A DNA stretch of 56,774 bases from a virus (taxonomy: Duplodnaviria > Caudoviricetes): positions 1 through 56,774 of the IMG/VR virus record IMGVR_UViG_3300048998_000127; one strand, 5' to 3'. Below the pieces are notes generated by a model. That model was given only the letters and a program-made list of their open reading frames with translations. It was not told the DNA's origin and searched no databases. The position numbers and the translations under genes were made by a program. Shown here piece by piece: positions 42,787 to 52,919 of this stretch (within the stretch, counting starts at the first letter, position 1; each line of letters starts with the position of its first letter).

Positions 42787-43271
42787 CCGAGCAGCCTGAC
42801 TACAGCATGCCGGCGGACCTGGAGGTGCCCGACGGGCATCAGGCCACGTGGCGGCCGACCGAGGACGGCCCGGCGGTGCTCGTCGTGGAGCCGATCGACC
42901 AGGACCCGAAGCCGGACCTGAAGCACCCGGCGGTGGCGGCTGGTATCGCCGCCCACCAGGACCTCACGCACGAGCTGACCCGGGAGCAGGCCAGGGAGCT
43001 GGCGGACGAGTGGGCGGAGGCGCAGGCGCGCGCGCTGGAGGAGCTGCGGGCCCGCGAGGTGGAGGCGGCCGGCGACCCGACGAACATCGGGCCGGACGGA
43101 CGACCGCACTTCAATCGCATGATCCAGACAGCCGAGGACCCGCCCGCCTGGGCGGAGACCTGCGGCACCTGCGGCACCATCTGGCCGTGCTCCACCTACG
43201 TGGCGCAGCACATGGCCGATGACGACGTGCAGGCCGGGCAGGATGCGGCCCCGGTTGTCGGAAGCGTGTGA
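42783..43271 (+). CDS. Hypothetical protein
   Basis: H...CGTCG..WPC motif. Confidence 0.7.
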   Translation: MTEQPDYSMPADLEVPDGHQATWRPTEDGPAVLVVEPIDQDPKPDLKHPAVAAGIAAHQDLTHELTREQARELADEWAEAQARALEELRAREVEAAGDPTNIGPDGRPHFNRMIQTAEDPPAWAETCGTCGTIWPCSTYVAQHMADDDVQAGQDAAPVVGSV

Positions 43272-43272
43272 C

Positions 43273-43515
43273 GTGGACGCCGGCCGGCTCGACACCCTGG
43301 CCCGCTCGCTGCGGCGAGCACAGTGGCTTGTGGAGGAGCTGGACCACAACCGCAGCCCGGTCGCCATCGCACAGGTGGTGTCCGGGCTGCGATTGGAGCT
43401 GCTGACGTGCACGAGCGGCGTGGCGGCCGAGATGGCGGCCCAGGGGTTGGACTACCCGGCCGAGTTCCCGGAGCCGCACAGCGGCCTACCGGCGGCCCCG
43501 GAAGCCCTGTTCTAG
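43273..43515 (+). CDS. Hypothetical protein
   Basis: Last gene before convergence with the late operon. Confidence 0.55.
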   Translation: MDAGRLDTLARSLRRAQWLVEELDHNRSPVAIAQVVSGLRLELLTCTSGVAAEMAAQGLDYPAEFPEPHSGLPAAPEALF

Positions 43516-44021
43516 TCGGCCCGCCCGTCAGCCGCCGCATCCGGTCCCGTCTGTGGCGGGACGTCGACTCCCGTCAGGCCGGTCCGCCGCTGCACCGCGC
43601 GGTCCATGGCGAGCCGGGCCGCATCATCGGAGACATCGGTGACCTGCCCTGAAGCCATGCCCGCAGCCATGTCGTGGGCCGCCACCATGCCGGCGGCCAA
43701 GCCACGGACGGAAGGGCTGTTCGGGTCGACGTATGCGGGCGTCTTGTTCGAGCCCAGCACGATCACGGTCAGCCACGCGGGCAGCTTCGGCTCGATCTTG
43801 CGCATGAGGGCGTACCAGCCGGCGGCGATGGCACCAGCGATGACCGGGCCCCAGCCCAGCACGACCGGCATGGCCGGCAGAAGGGTGGGGGCGACGCCGG
43901 GCAGCAGCGACACCAGGTACGTGATGAGCAGGCCCCAGGCGAACGGCACCACCGTGCGGATGATGCTGGTCACGTAGTCGGACAGCGACTGCCCTGGCTG
44001 GTACGGCGGAATGACGGACAC
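43512..44021 (-). CDS. Holin
   Basis: SIIRTVVP..WG...WYALMRKIE...W...VLGS..TP.Y actinophage holin pattern, two TMs. Confidence 0.75.
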   Translation of the reverse strand: MSVIPPYQPGQSLSDYVTSIIRTVVPFAWGLLITYLVSLLPGVAPTLLPAMPVVLGWGPVIAGAIAAGWYALMRKIEPKLPAWLTVIVLGSNKTPAYVDPNSPSVRGLAAGMVAAHDMAAGMASGQVTDVSDDAARLAMDRAVQRRTGLTGVDVPPQTGPDAAADGRAD

Positions 44022-44034
44022 GGTGCGTCCCCTC

Positions 44035-44865
44035 TCAATGGCTGTTCGGAATGCAGGTCCAAATGGTGATCGACTTGTGGGAGCCGGGAACCGGGTTGGC
44101 CGGGTCATCGACCCGGACGCCGTCCAGCTCCTGGAAAGTCCCCTTGCCGGCACACAGGATGCTGGGATTGTTTAGGGCGGCGGTGTTGAAAGCGTCCATG
44201 ATGTCCTGCGCCGACGGCGAATCGCCCTTGTCGCCCTTCGCCCCCGCTGGCCCCTGGGCACCAGCCGGCCCGGCCGCGCCCTCGGCTCCAGCTGGCCCCT
44301 GCGGCCCCTGCGGTCCGGGCGGAGGAGGATTGGCCTGGAGGTACCCGGCGACGCCGTTGGCCACCATGGAGGGGGTCACCTGCGGCGGCGGGTTGGCAGC
44401 GAAGTAGCCGGCGACGGCGGCGGCGATGCTGGCGGCGGTCGGCGGCGTGGATGTGGTCGGCGGCAGACTGGCGAGGACCTTGGCCACAGCAGCTGCCACG
44501 ATGGTGTCCGTGCTGGACTGGTCGGTCGGCTTCGGAATCGGCACCGGCTGCTGGCCGCGCTGCGACAGCTGGTCGTTCGCCTGCTGCGCGGCGGCGTATG
44601 CCCTGTCCGCCGTGGCCTTGATTTCCGCCTGGGCCTTCTCGGCGGCGGTGACGGCCGCCCGCTGTTCGGCTACCTGGGTCACGGCCAGTGCGGACACGCC
44701 GATGGACAGGGCGCAGCCCAGCAGCGTGACCACCACCACCACCTTCCAGACATCGGCCCGATCAGCCTTGCGGCCCAGCGCGTTGCCGATGCTTTGCGCC
44801 GCCGCTTTGGCCGTGACGGCGTTGTCCTGCATGGCCGCGCTGCGGTCGTCAGGCTGCTCGCTCAT
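44035..44865 (-). CDS. Membrane-anchored collagen-like protein
   Basis: N-terminal TM, coiled coil, GPQGPQGPAGAEG repeats, C-terminal Cys pair. Confidence 0.8.
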   Translation of the reverse strand: MSEQPDDRSAAMQDNAVTAKAAAQSIGNALGRKADRADVWKVVVVVTLLGCALSIGVSALAVTQVAEQRAAVTAAEKAQAEIKATADRAYAAAQQANDQLSQRGQQPVPIPKPTDQSSTDTIVAAAVAKVLASLPPTTSTPPTAASIAAAVAGYFAANPPPQVTPSMVANGVAGYLQANPPPPGPQGPQGPAGAEGAAGPAGAQGPAGAKGDKGDSPSAQDIMDAFNTAALNNPSILCAGKGTFQELDGVRVDDPANPVPGSHKSITIWTCIPNSH

Positions 44866-45281
44866 GTCTTCATGTCCCCGTTCAACTGCCTGCGGAGCTC
44901 CAGCACATGCTGTTGGCAGGTGCCGAGGTCGGCCAGCGCCCGCTGTGCACGGCGTAGGGCGTCGTCCCGCTCCTGCACCGCTTCGCTGTGCTGACGCTGT
45001 AGTCTCCGCATCTCCGCCCTGGTCTCCGCCACTTCCTGCCGTCCGGCATCGGCGTCCCTGATGATGGCATTCACGCTGGCCTCCAGCACGCCGGCGGCTC
45101 CGGACGGCAACGACGGTACGCCGTCGCGGTGGGCTGTGACAGCCGCATCGGATTCGTCGTCATCGCGCTTGTGCTTGCGTCTGCCCAGCCAGGCGGAGCC
45201 CACTGTGCCCATGGTGAACAGCGCAACGACGACGATCACGACCCAGGCGGGCTGCCCTTCAAGGTCAGGCATTCCCTCCAC
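44862..45281 (-). CDS. Membrane protein with coiled coil (lysis region)
   Basis: WVVIVVVALF TM, basic patch, heptads. Confidence 0.7.
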   Translation of the reverse strand: MEGMPDLEGQPAWVVIVVVALFTMGTVGSAWLGRRKHKRDDDESDAAVTAHRDGVPSLPSGAAGVLEASVNAIIRDADAGRQEVAETRAEMRRLQRQHSEAVQERDDALRRAQRALADLGTCQQHVLELRRQLNGDMKT

Positions 45282-45351
45282 GGTGGCCCCGCTCTCTGTG
45301 TGTGGTCACCGCAGTGTCACATAGGTTGACCCTGTGTCAAACCTTGGTCGA

Positions 45352-46125
45352 TCAGCTGGAGTAGCAAGACGCCTTTTGCACCAGGCCATACGCATTTCCG
45401 GCACCGCCACCACCGGCCGTGATATTGCAATTCAGGTACAGTGTGATCTGCTTCTGTCCGCGCATGGATGAGATATCCAGCGTGTCCAGCCATGCATTGT
45501 TGACTCCGCCAGTGAATGAGTGCGGCGGCCCGCTGACGACATGGCCCGCACCGTCATCCGCACGCAGCGTGTATGTGGCCGAGACACCGGCATCGGTGAT
45601 GGCCCACGCCTGCACGTCGATCAGATGACCCGTGCCAGACACCTGGCCCCACGCTATATCGCGGGAGCCGGAGTTGATTTGCGGCCATGCGGGCAGGTTG
45701 TAGGAGGCACCATTCACCGGGAAGAAGACGCGCGGGAACGACCAGCCCCCCTGGTTCCGCGACTCGTCCATCATCGGCTGGCCGTCGGCCGACCCCAGGG
45801 TCAGCGTCTGCTTCAGCGGCGTGCCCGGCGACTTGTCGTACAGGTTGATGGCGGAGCTGTGTGTCGAGTCGTCCCGAACGAGGCTGAACCCCTTCTGCGG
45901 GCGGTTGCCCAGGTTGGGGTCCGACGGCAGGAACTCCCCGATCCACAGGAAGTTGACCGGCGAGCCGTCGGGATTCTGATAGTTGCCGTACCACTTCATC
46001 AGGCCCCTGGACACGACGGCGTTGACCAGCGGGTTGTTCCGCATGATCTGGTCCGCCAGGCCCTGCGCGTAGAGGATGTTGTCCATCGCGCTGAGCGGGT
46101 ATGGCGTGGACTGCGGGTAGGTCAT
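45352..46125 (-). CDS. Minor tail protein
   Basis: Position in tail-tip cluster; beta-rich. Confidence 0.7.
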   Translation of the reverse strand: MTYPQSTPYPLSAMDNILYAQGLADQIMRNNPLVNAVVSRGLMKWYGNYQNPDGSPVNFLWIGEFLPSDPNLGNRPQKGFSLVRDDSTHSSAINLYDKSPGTPLKQTLTLGSADGQPMMDESRNQGGWSFPRVFFPVNGASYNLPAWPQINSGSRDIAWGQVSGTGHLIDVQAWAITDAGVSATYTLRADDGAGHVVSGPPHSFTGGVNNAWLDTLDISSMRGQKQITLYLNCNITAGGGGAGNAYGLVQKASCYSS

Positions 46126-46135
46126 CGGGGCCCCT

Positions 46136-47404
46136 TCACGACGACGCCAGCAGGAGGTCCACCGTCTCCGACGTGTCCCCCTCCGGCGGGGTGATGGTCC
46201 AACCGTACACGCGCACCAGCGATTCGAAGTAGCCGCTGGCAGTGTAGTAGTCGGGCGGCCACGTCTGGTCGTTGGTGGCCAGGATCATCTGATCCCCGAC
46301 CACATACGAGCTGAAGTACGGCAACAGGTCGCCACGAATCTTCAGGTTCGCTATGAACGCCTGGTTGCTCAATGACTGGTACATCTGCTGGTAGCACTGG
46401 TCGTTGAGTGTGCCGACGTCCGATACTTCCGGATTGGAATAGCGTCCCTCGGTCTGCATGAAACCGAGTTGCCACTCCGGCGTGCCGTTCGGCTGATACT
46501 GGACCTGGGTCTTCACCTGAAGATCGTCATACCCATTACCGCGCCCCCATACGATATTCGTCACGCCGGACGCGTCATTCTGCGGCAGGAACGACAGCAC
46601 GTTGCCGGTGCCGTTGACGTCGTAAAGCAGCCGAGGCACCGGATATGCCTGCCCCAGCTGGCGGCCCAGCTTCGGGTAGCCCAGCACGAACTGGCAGCGG
46701 AAGCTGGTCGCAGACTCACCGTCGGTGCCCACCAGCACGCGTGTGCTCGTGGTCCACTCGTACGGGTTGGTGGCGAGCTGTGACCGGTCCTGGTGCGCGG
46801 ACAGGAGATTGGTCTCCTGGTCGTCCACGTATGTGAAGGTGCGCGCCACGCCCGTCGGGGTGGTGGGCGGGTCCACATTGATCCAACCGGTGTTCGGGTT
46901 GGATCCCAGCGCGATCTTCGACCAGATGGACGGGGTGAGCAGGTCGGAGGCCATCTGCTGCTGGTCCACGCCCGTCCAGGTGATGGCCTTGGTGATGAAC
47001 CGGCGAGCCCACAGCCCTTCGATAGTCACGGCCGTGATCTTCATGCGACCGGTGGCCGGCTCGGTCGGCGCGGCGGTCACCCAGTAGTGCTGCACCCAGG
47101 AGGTGCCCCAGACACCCGTACCCGGGTCCTGGGTGCTGCGCACGGCGACGATCCCCGTCTTGCGGGGAATCAACTTGTCCCAGGGGTACAGGGCCCGAAC
47201 GGTCGGATCGGCCAGCTGTAGCGAGCCCTTGAGCATGCCGACAGCGCGCATGCCCACCGACAGCTGGACTCCGCCGAGAGGCAGCGGCGCGTTGCCGATG
47301 ACCGTCGGATCCCCGTTGACGTAGTTGACCGGCCAGTAGGTCCAGCGGACGTTGAGCGGCTGCGCACCACCCAGCACCGTGTCCTGGAACGGGGGGTACG
47401 CCAC
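46136..47404 (-). CDS. Minor tail protein (hub/Tal-like)
   Basis: LPLGGV...GNV...NIVWGRGNG...YVVGD pattern. Confidence 0.8.
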   Translation of the reverse strand: MAYPPFQDTVLGGAQPLNVRWTYWPVNYVNGDPTVIGNAPLPLGGVQLSVGMRAVGMLKGSLQLADPTVRALYPWDKLIPRKTGIVAVRSTQDPGTGVWGTSWVQHYWVTAAPTEPATGRMKITAVTIEGLWARRFITKAITWTGVDQQQMASDLLTPSIWSKIALGSNPNTGWINVDPPTTPTGVARTFTYVDDQETNLLSAHQDRSQLATNPYEWTTSTRVLVGTDGESATSFRCQFVLGYPKLGRQLGQAYPVPRLLYDVNGTGNVLSFLPQNDASGVTNIVWGRGNGYDDLQVKTQVQYQPNGTPEWQLGFMQTEGRYSNPEVSDVGTLNDQCYQQMYQSLSNQAFIANLKIRGDLLPYFSSYVVGDQMILATNDQTWPPDYYTASGYFESLVRVYGWTITPPEGDTSETVDLLLASS

Positions 47405-47405
47405 A

Positions 47406-48593
47406 TCACACCGCCGTGAAGCGACCGGTGGGGGCCACCTTGGTCACGGACAGGAAGCTGGACGCGATATCCAGCGTGTATGTGCCGGTGCCCACGATGC
47501 GCTGCACGGTCGCCACGAAGGTCTTGGCCACAGGGCTGCCGGTGGCGTTCTGGTAGATCACCCGGGCCACGTCGCCCACCGGATAGGCGTCCTGGTTGCG
47601 CGGAATGATCTTCTCCACGAGGATGCCGCCGGAGATGTTGGTGTCGCGGATGCGCATGTCGAAGTCGTTCGCGGGGTTCGAGACCTGCGCGTGGACGTTG
47701 AACTCCAGCACGTAGGTGGAGTTGCGGTCCAGGGTGACGGTCGTCGACAGGACCAGGGTCTCCGTGCCGCCGATGGCCGCCGGCTGGGTGCTGCGGTACT
47801 GGCCGGCCACGAGCTGCCCGGGCTCGACAACCCAGGCCGCCCCGTCCCAGTAGTACGGGGTGTCGCCCACGTACATGCGCTGGCCGGTCTGCGGGCTGGT
47901 GATGGCACTGGAGGCGTCCGCCGTGGAAGAGGCGAGCAGGGGACCCACGGCGATCCAGCCGGCGGTGGCCGCGCTGTAGAACTCCGCCCACTTGCGGTCG
48001 ATGCGCCAGATGGATTGCCCGTCGTAGGGGCTGGTGATCAGCGCTCGATCGGCGGCGTTGGCCTGAGGCAGCACGATGCCGCCGGGGCCGGTGCGCGGTG
48101 CGACGGACGACAGGGTGGGCGAGGTGCTGCCGGCGGGCACGCTGGCCTGTACGAGCGGCAGGAAGCTGTTGGGCACGATCGGCGGCGACGCGGTTCCGGA
48201 CACGCTGGTGCCCTGCACGGTGGCGATTGTGGCCTGGTTGAGCCCGGAGGAGTCCAGGAAGTTGTCCTTGATCTGGACGCCGATGTAGTCGATCCGGTTG
48301 AGCGTGCCGGAGCTGGAGGCCAGGGTGACCGTGGAGTTGCTGGGATTGGCCCACTTGTAGTCACCGACCGAGGCGGCGGAGTCGTTGGTGACGATGCCGG
48401 CGCACGGGCCCACCGTGACGTTCCACCCGGACGGATTGGAGAACGCGGGCAGCCGCGCGACGAAGCAGCCTTCCCGGGCGGCGAAGGTCAGGGACTGGTT
48501 GGGCAGCGCGTCAGCGGTGACCAGGTGCAGCCGGTCCAGGGATGCGGAGTAGGTGCCGCCCTGGGTGGCGAACGGTGGGCTAGTCGCCGTCAT
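47406..48593 (-). CDS. Minor tail protein
   Basis: VTVGPC...LNRIDYI...VQGT...ADRALITSPYDGQ. Confidence 0.8.
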   Translation of the reverse strand: MTATSPPFATQGGTYSASLDRLHLVTADALPNQSLTFAAREGCFVARLPAFSNPSGWNVTVGPCAGIVTNDSAASVGDYKWANPSNSTVTLASSSGTLNRIDYIGVQIKDNFLDSSGLNQATIATVQGTSVSGTASPPIVPNSFLPLVQASVPAGSTSPTLSSVAPRTGPGGIVLPQANAADRALITSPYDGQSIWRIDRKWAEFYSAATAGWIAVGPLLASSTADASSAITSPQTGQRMYVGDTPYYWDGAAWVVEPGQLVAGQYRSTQPAAIGGTETLVLSTTVTLDRNSTYVLEFNVHAQVSNPANDFDMRIRDTNISGGILVEKIIPRNQDAYPVGDVARVIYQNATGSPVAKTFVATVQRIVGTGTYTLDIASSFLSVTKVAPTGRFTAV

Positions 48594-48605
48594 GGCGGAC
48601 TCCTC

Positions 48606-49523
48606 TCACTCGAAGGTGCTGCGCCAGTTGAGCAGCAGGGTCGCAGCCGGGTCGTAGGCGGCGAGGCTGTCTGTCCAGCGGATGGTGTTGGGACCCGGTG
48701 CGAGCGTGAACGGACGGCCGATGAGCCGAATGCTACCGGGAGTGACGGAGCCGGTGTTGGCGTCCACGATCACCTGCGAGCCGGCACCGACTACGGCGTT
48801 CACCTGGAATTGCTGGCCGGTGGTCACGTTGGTGATGGTGGGGAAGTTGACGGGCCCCACGATGGTGAACACGGGGTATGCCGGGGAGTCGCCCTGGTTG
48901 GTGGCGGTGAGCACTCCGCCGGGCGTGCTCGATGACCCGTAGGTGTAACTGTACGTCTTGTCGTAGGTGCGGCCCGTGATCAGCGCCGGGTTGACCAGGC
49001 CGACGGACGCGGACTCGCCACTGCCGGATAGGTACTTCCACGGCGACGCGGCAACCAGACTCCAGGTCATCGACACGGCCTCGCCGCCCAGCTGATGGCC
49101 CAGCGGCACCGTGGGCACCACCTTGCCGACGGAGCGGCAGATCAGCGCCAGGGTGAGGCCGCTGGCCCAGTCGTACTGCTCCCAGATCACCGGCTGCTTT
49201 GCGGCCAGGATGGCGCGGATGGAGCGGATCTTGCGCCGCATGGTCACCGGGTCCGGTGAAACGATCATGACATTGCAGTCCAGCGTCCTGGGCGCGATCG
49301 ACTGCGGCCCGACCAGCCCACCATCCCGGCCGCCGGCCTGATCGATCGGCGTGATCAGCTCCAGCCCCTCCCAGCCCGACGGCTCGCCGCACACCGCGAA
49401 GGAGCCGTCCGCGTGCTGGGTGTTGAACACGATGTCCTGTGCCGACGGAGTGAACAGAGGACCCATGCGGTACTGGGCGGTGACCGGTGGCACCGGGAAG
49501 CTGGCCCACGTCGCTACTGGCAC
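48606..49523 (-). CDS. Distal tail (Dit-like) protein
   Basis: Immediately after TMP; NQGDSPAYPVFTIVGP...LAPGPNTI. Confidence 0.8.
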   Translation of the reverse strand: MPVATWASFPVPPVTAQYRMGPLFTPSAQDIVFNTQHADGSFAVCGEPSGWEGLELITPIDQAGGRDGGLVGPQSIAPRTLDCNVMIVSPDPVTMRRKIRSIRAILAAKQPVIWEQYDWASGLTLALICRSVGKVVPTVPLGHQLGGEAVSMTWSLVAASPWKYLSGSGESASVGLVNPALITGRTYDKTYSYTYGSSSTPGGVLTATNQGDSPAYPVFTIVGPVNFPTITNVTTGQQFQVNAVVGAGSQVIVDANTGSVTPGSIRLIGRPFTLAPGPNTIRWTDSLAAYDPAATLLLNWRSTFE

Positions 49524-49524
49524 G

Positions 49525-52500
49525 TCACACCCCGCTCACGCCGACGAAGTTGGGATTGATCCCGGCGGACACGCCGTTCTGGGACACGGCGAGCAGGCTG
49601 GAGCCGTTGGCTAGCGCGGTCGCCCCGTCCTTCCACACGGTGTCAGCGAACTGCCGCACGTCGGTCCCCTGCTGCATCACGTTGGTCTGCTGGACGGTGA
49701 AGCTGGTGCCGGCCTGCGGCGTGACGGACTGGCCGGCGGTGCCGAACGCCGTCGACAGGGTGGACGTGTTGATGGACAGGTCCGGATTGAGCAGCGGGTC
49801 CAGTCCGGCCAGGCCGGCGTTGGCCAGGTCGGTGGCCGCCCTGCCGACCATCTCCCGGCTGTCCTTCAGCGCGTTGGCCAGGCCCTGGGCCACGTCCTGG
49901 CCAATGGAGTAGGTCTCGCGCGAGGGGCTGTGGCTGTCGAAGCCGGAGGTGAAGCCGTGAAGGATGTCGCCCACCAGGCCCTTCACCCAGCCCAGGATGT
50001 TGCCGGCGATGGACCGCAGACCGTTCAACAGGCCGTTGAGCGCGTCCACGCCGACCTGGTACAACCGGGAGCCCAGCGCCCCGATGGCACCGATGACCTG
50101 GCCGGGCAACTGGGTGACGAAGCTGACCACATTACTCACGCCATTGATGAATGCATTTCTGGCATTGACCCACACGCCAATAGCCCACACGTCGATAGAG
50201 GCTTGCAGTGAATTCACCGCGCCAATAACCTGGCCGGGCAACTGGGTGACGAAGCTGACCACAGAGTTGACGCCGTTGGTGAAGAACTGCACCGCGTTGT
50301 TCCACACTCCAAGCGCCCAGATTCCGATCGCGATTTGCAGATTCGTGACAGCGTCGATAACCATCTGCGGCAGGCCAGTCACGAAGGCGATGACCGCAGC
50401 GACGCCATTCACGAAGAACGTGCTGACGTTGGTCCACACGTTGACTGCCCATGCGCCGATCAGCGGAATCAGCGTCGTCACCGCGTCGACGATATTTCCG
50501 GGCAGGTCGACGAAGAAGCGCACGATGGATCCGACAATGAACCCGAATGCGAAGGCCATCTGACTGATGACCGCGCCCACCTGGGCGGGCAGGCCGACCA
50601 GGAAGCTGACGATTTGGCCTGGCAGAGCCACGAAGAAGTTGACGATAGCGCCGATGACGGTCCCGACGAATGACACGATGGCATTGAAACCGTTCACGAA
50701 GAACGACACCACGGCATTCACTGCGGTGGTGACGGCGCTGCCGATGGCCGTTCCGATGCCGACGAAGAAGGACACCACGCCATTCCAGATGCCGACCACG
50801 AACGACACGGCCGACTGGAATGCGCCAGCGATGACGCCACCCAGGAACGAGAAGAAGGCACCCACGGCGTCAAGGGCGGTGCTGATCGCTGCCTTGATCT
50901 TGTCGAAGTTGACGATCACCAGCACCACGGCGGCGATGACCGCCGCGACGATGGCGGCGACTAGGCCGACGGTGCCGGCGGCGATCAGCGCGGCCACGAC
51001 CGTCACGACCGGCACCAGCGCCTGGAGCGCCAACGCCAGCGCGCCGACGCCGATGGCGATGTTCGCCCACAGCTCCGGATCCTTGCCGATCAGCGACAGC
51101 AGCCCGGACAGCAGCGGGGCCAGGGTCTGGATGGCCGACACCAGGGCGTCCCCCACGGCGCTGGCGAAGTTCGCGATGTCCGGCGCGTTCTTGGTGAGGA
51201 TGTCACCGATGGAGGTGAGTAGCTGGAGAAAGACCTTGCCGGCCGCGCCTGCGATCTGGCGGAGGGCAGCGCCCAGCGCCTGGAGAGCTGCGGTGCCGGC
51301 GGCAGACTGAAGGAACTGGTTGAGCGAGCCGGTCAGCTGGGCGAGCAGGCCGAGCAGGCCGCCGCCGCCGATGGCGTTGGACAGCGTCAGGAAGATCGAC
51401 ACGACGTTGCCGACGATGGCGAACAGCTGCCGGAACGCGTCGATGCCGGTCTGGATGAAGTTGGCCAACGCCCCGGACTGGCGGGCCTGCTGGACGAAGT
51501 CGGCCACGCGCTGGGTGGCAGCGCCGGCCCCGCCGGTCAGCTCAGCGAACGCCTGCGAGCCGACCACACCGACGTTTTGCAGGATGGACAGCACGGCGGG
51601 CAGCGCCTGGCCGAGGTTGAACACGGACGCCTGGGCGGTGTTGAACAGGTCAGGCAGGTCGGAGCGGACGCCGGAGCCAGTCAGGAAGCTGAACACGCCC
51701 TGCGCGGTCTGGTTCAGGCTGTCCGCGAAGCCGGCCAGTCCGCTACGCAGGGTGGGCAGCAGCGTGGAGGACAGTTCCTTGATGCGCGCCCCGAAGCCCT
51801 GGAACAGCTGCTGCTGCACGTCCAGCTTCAGGCCCTCCAGCTGTGGCTTGATGCTGGCGATGGCCTGGGCGGTCTCGCGCGCCGACGGTGCCAGCTTGGC
51901 CACGTCAGCCGCAAACTTGTCCGTGCCGATGTCCTTGATGGCTGCGCCGAACCCGGATACGCCGATCTTCAGCGCGGCGACCGCGCCCACCATCGAGAAC
52001 AGCGCCCCCGGCACGAGGCCGGCCGCGCCGGACAGGGCGATAACCGAGCTCACCAGCTGACTGACGCCGACGGCTATGGTGGAGACGAGAGCCAGCTTGA
52101 ACAGGCCGGTGAAGATGGTTGAGGCCGCCCCGGCGAAGCCATTCTGGAGGTCGGACAGCTGGCCCTTCAGCTTGTCGGTGAACGTCTTGAAGTCGAGCTC
52201 CGCCGTTTTCGGGTCCACCTTCGGCTTGATCGTCGCCTCTTTGGCGGCGAGCTCCGCAGCAGCCTTGACCTTCACGGCCAGGCCCTGCACGTCGATGTTG
52301 AAGCCCAGCTTGACCGCGCGCGCGGCGGCCTGCGCCTCTGCCACGGCGGCTTTCACACCGGCCGAGAAGCCTTCGGTGTCCAGGTCCAACCGGACCTTGA
52401 TATTGCCCGCCTCGGCCTGGGCGTCCGCCAGCGCGGCCTTGATCTCACGGACCAGCTGGTCATGGTCGATGCCCAGCGGGATCTGGGCGGTGGACGCCTC

Positions 52501-52596
52501 GCGGAGAGCGGCCTGCACCTTGGCGCGGATGTCGGCGGCCAGCTCATCGGCGTCGGCGGAGATGCGGACGCCCAGCTCGCCAACGATCTTCGCCAC
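49525..52596 (-). CDS. Tape measure protein
   Basis: 1023 aa, Ala/Gly-rich helical, 11/44-aa Trp/Phe repeats, HSPS motif. Confidence 0.93.
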   Translation of the reverse strand: MAKIVGELGVRISADADELAADIRAKVQAALREASTAQIPLGIDHDQLVREIKAALADAQAEAGNIKVRLDLDTEGFSAGVKAAVAEAQAAARAVKLGFNIDVQGLAVKVKAAAELAAKEATIKPKVDPKTAELDFKTFTDKLKGQLSDLQNGFAGAASTIFTGLFKLALVSTIAVGVSQLVSSVIALSGAAGLVPGALFSMVGAVAALKIGVSGFGAAIKDIGTDKFAADVAKLAPSARETAQAIASIKPQLEGLKLDVQQQLFQGFGARIKELSSTLLPTLRSGLAGFADSLNQTAQGVFSFLTGSGVRSDLPDLFNTAQASVFNLGQALPAVLSILQNVGVVGSQAFAELTGGAGAATQRVADFVQQARQSGALANFIQTGIDAFRQLFAIVGNVVSIFLTLSNAIGGGGLLGLLAQLTGSLNQFLQSAAGTAALQALGAALRQIAGAAGKVFLQLLTSIGDILTKNAPDIANFASAVGDALVSAIQTLAPLLSGLLSLIGKDPELWANIAIGVGALALALQALVPVVTVVAALIAAGTVGLVAAIVAAVIAAVVLVIVNFDKIKAAISTALDAVGAFFSFLGGVIAGAFQSAVSFVVGIWNGVVSFFVGIGTAIGSAVTTAVNAVVSFFVNGFNAIVSFVGTVIGAIVNFFVALPGQIVSFLVGLPAQVGAVISQMAFAFGFIVGSIVRFFVDLPGNIVDAVTTLIPLIGAWAVNVWTNVSTFFVNGVAAVIAFVTGLPQMVIDAVTNLQIAIGIWALGVWNNAVQFFTNGVNSVVSFVTQLPGQVIGAVNSLQASIDVWAIGVWVNARNAFINGVSNVVSFVTQLPGQVIGAIGALGSRLYQVGVDALNGLLNGLRSIAGNILGWVKGLVGDILHGFTSGFDSHSPSRETYSIGQDVAQGLANALKDSREMVGRAATDLANAGLAGLDPLLNPDLSINTSTLSTAFGTAGQSVTPQAGTSFTVQQTNVMQQGTDVRQFADTVWKDGATALANGSSLLAVSQNGVSAGINPNFVGVSGV

Positions 52597-52610
52597 GCGT
52601 CCGCCCTCCC

Positions 52611-52919
52611 TCAGTCCCCTTGGAGCACCTGCTCAAACTTGCCCATCTGCGCCCTGTGCTCCGGCAACAGGCCCCACGTGGAGCGGTCCGGGGCGACCCG
52701 GTCGCTCTTCTTACGCAGAGCCTCGCCAGCCTTCTGTACCACCTCGTGTGGTGCGTCCAACCACATCGCGTAGACCACATCAAGCCAGGTGGACAGGTCG
52801 GCCTGCAATGCGTATCGATCGGGCAGTTGCGCGAGCCGGCCCCGGATGTATGGCCCGTAGTTCAGGTCATCGAAGGTCAGCCCGATCAGGACAGCTACCT
52901 GCCCGTACGGCCTTTTCCC
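52611..52919 (-). CDS. Tail assembly chaperone, -1 frameshift extension
   Basis: Slippery GGGAAAA at 52913-52919 shifts ...AGK into RPYGQVAVL. Confidence 0.8.
   Translation of the reverse strand, partial: GKRPYGQVAVLIGLTFDDLNYGPYIRGRLAQLPDRYALQADLSTWLDVVYAMWLDAPHEVVQKAGEALRKKSDRVAPDRSTWGLLPEHRAQMGKFEQVLQGD

Noticed and set aside
50096-50262. 35-bp direct repeat 132 bp apart, possible DGR template/variable repeat
   Set aside because: Corresponds to ordinary 44-aa tape-measure repeats; no reverse transcriptase and no adenine-specific mismatches
52913-52919. Programmed -1 frameshift as a novelty
   Set aside because: Standard tail-chaperone feature; listed under features
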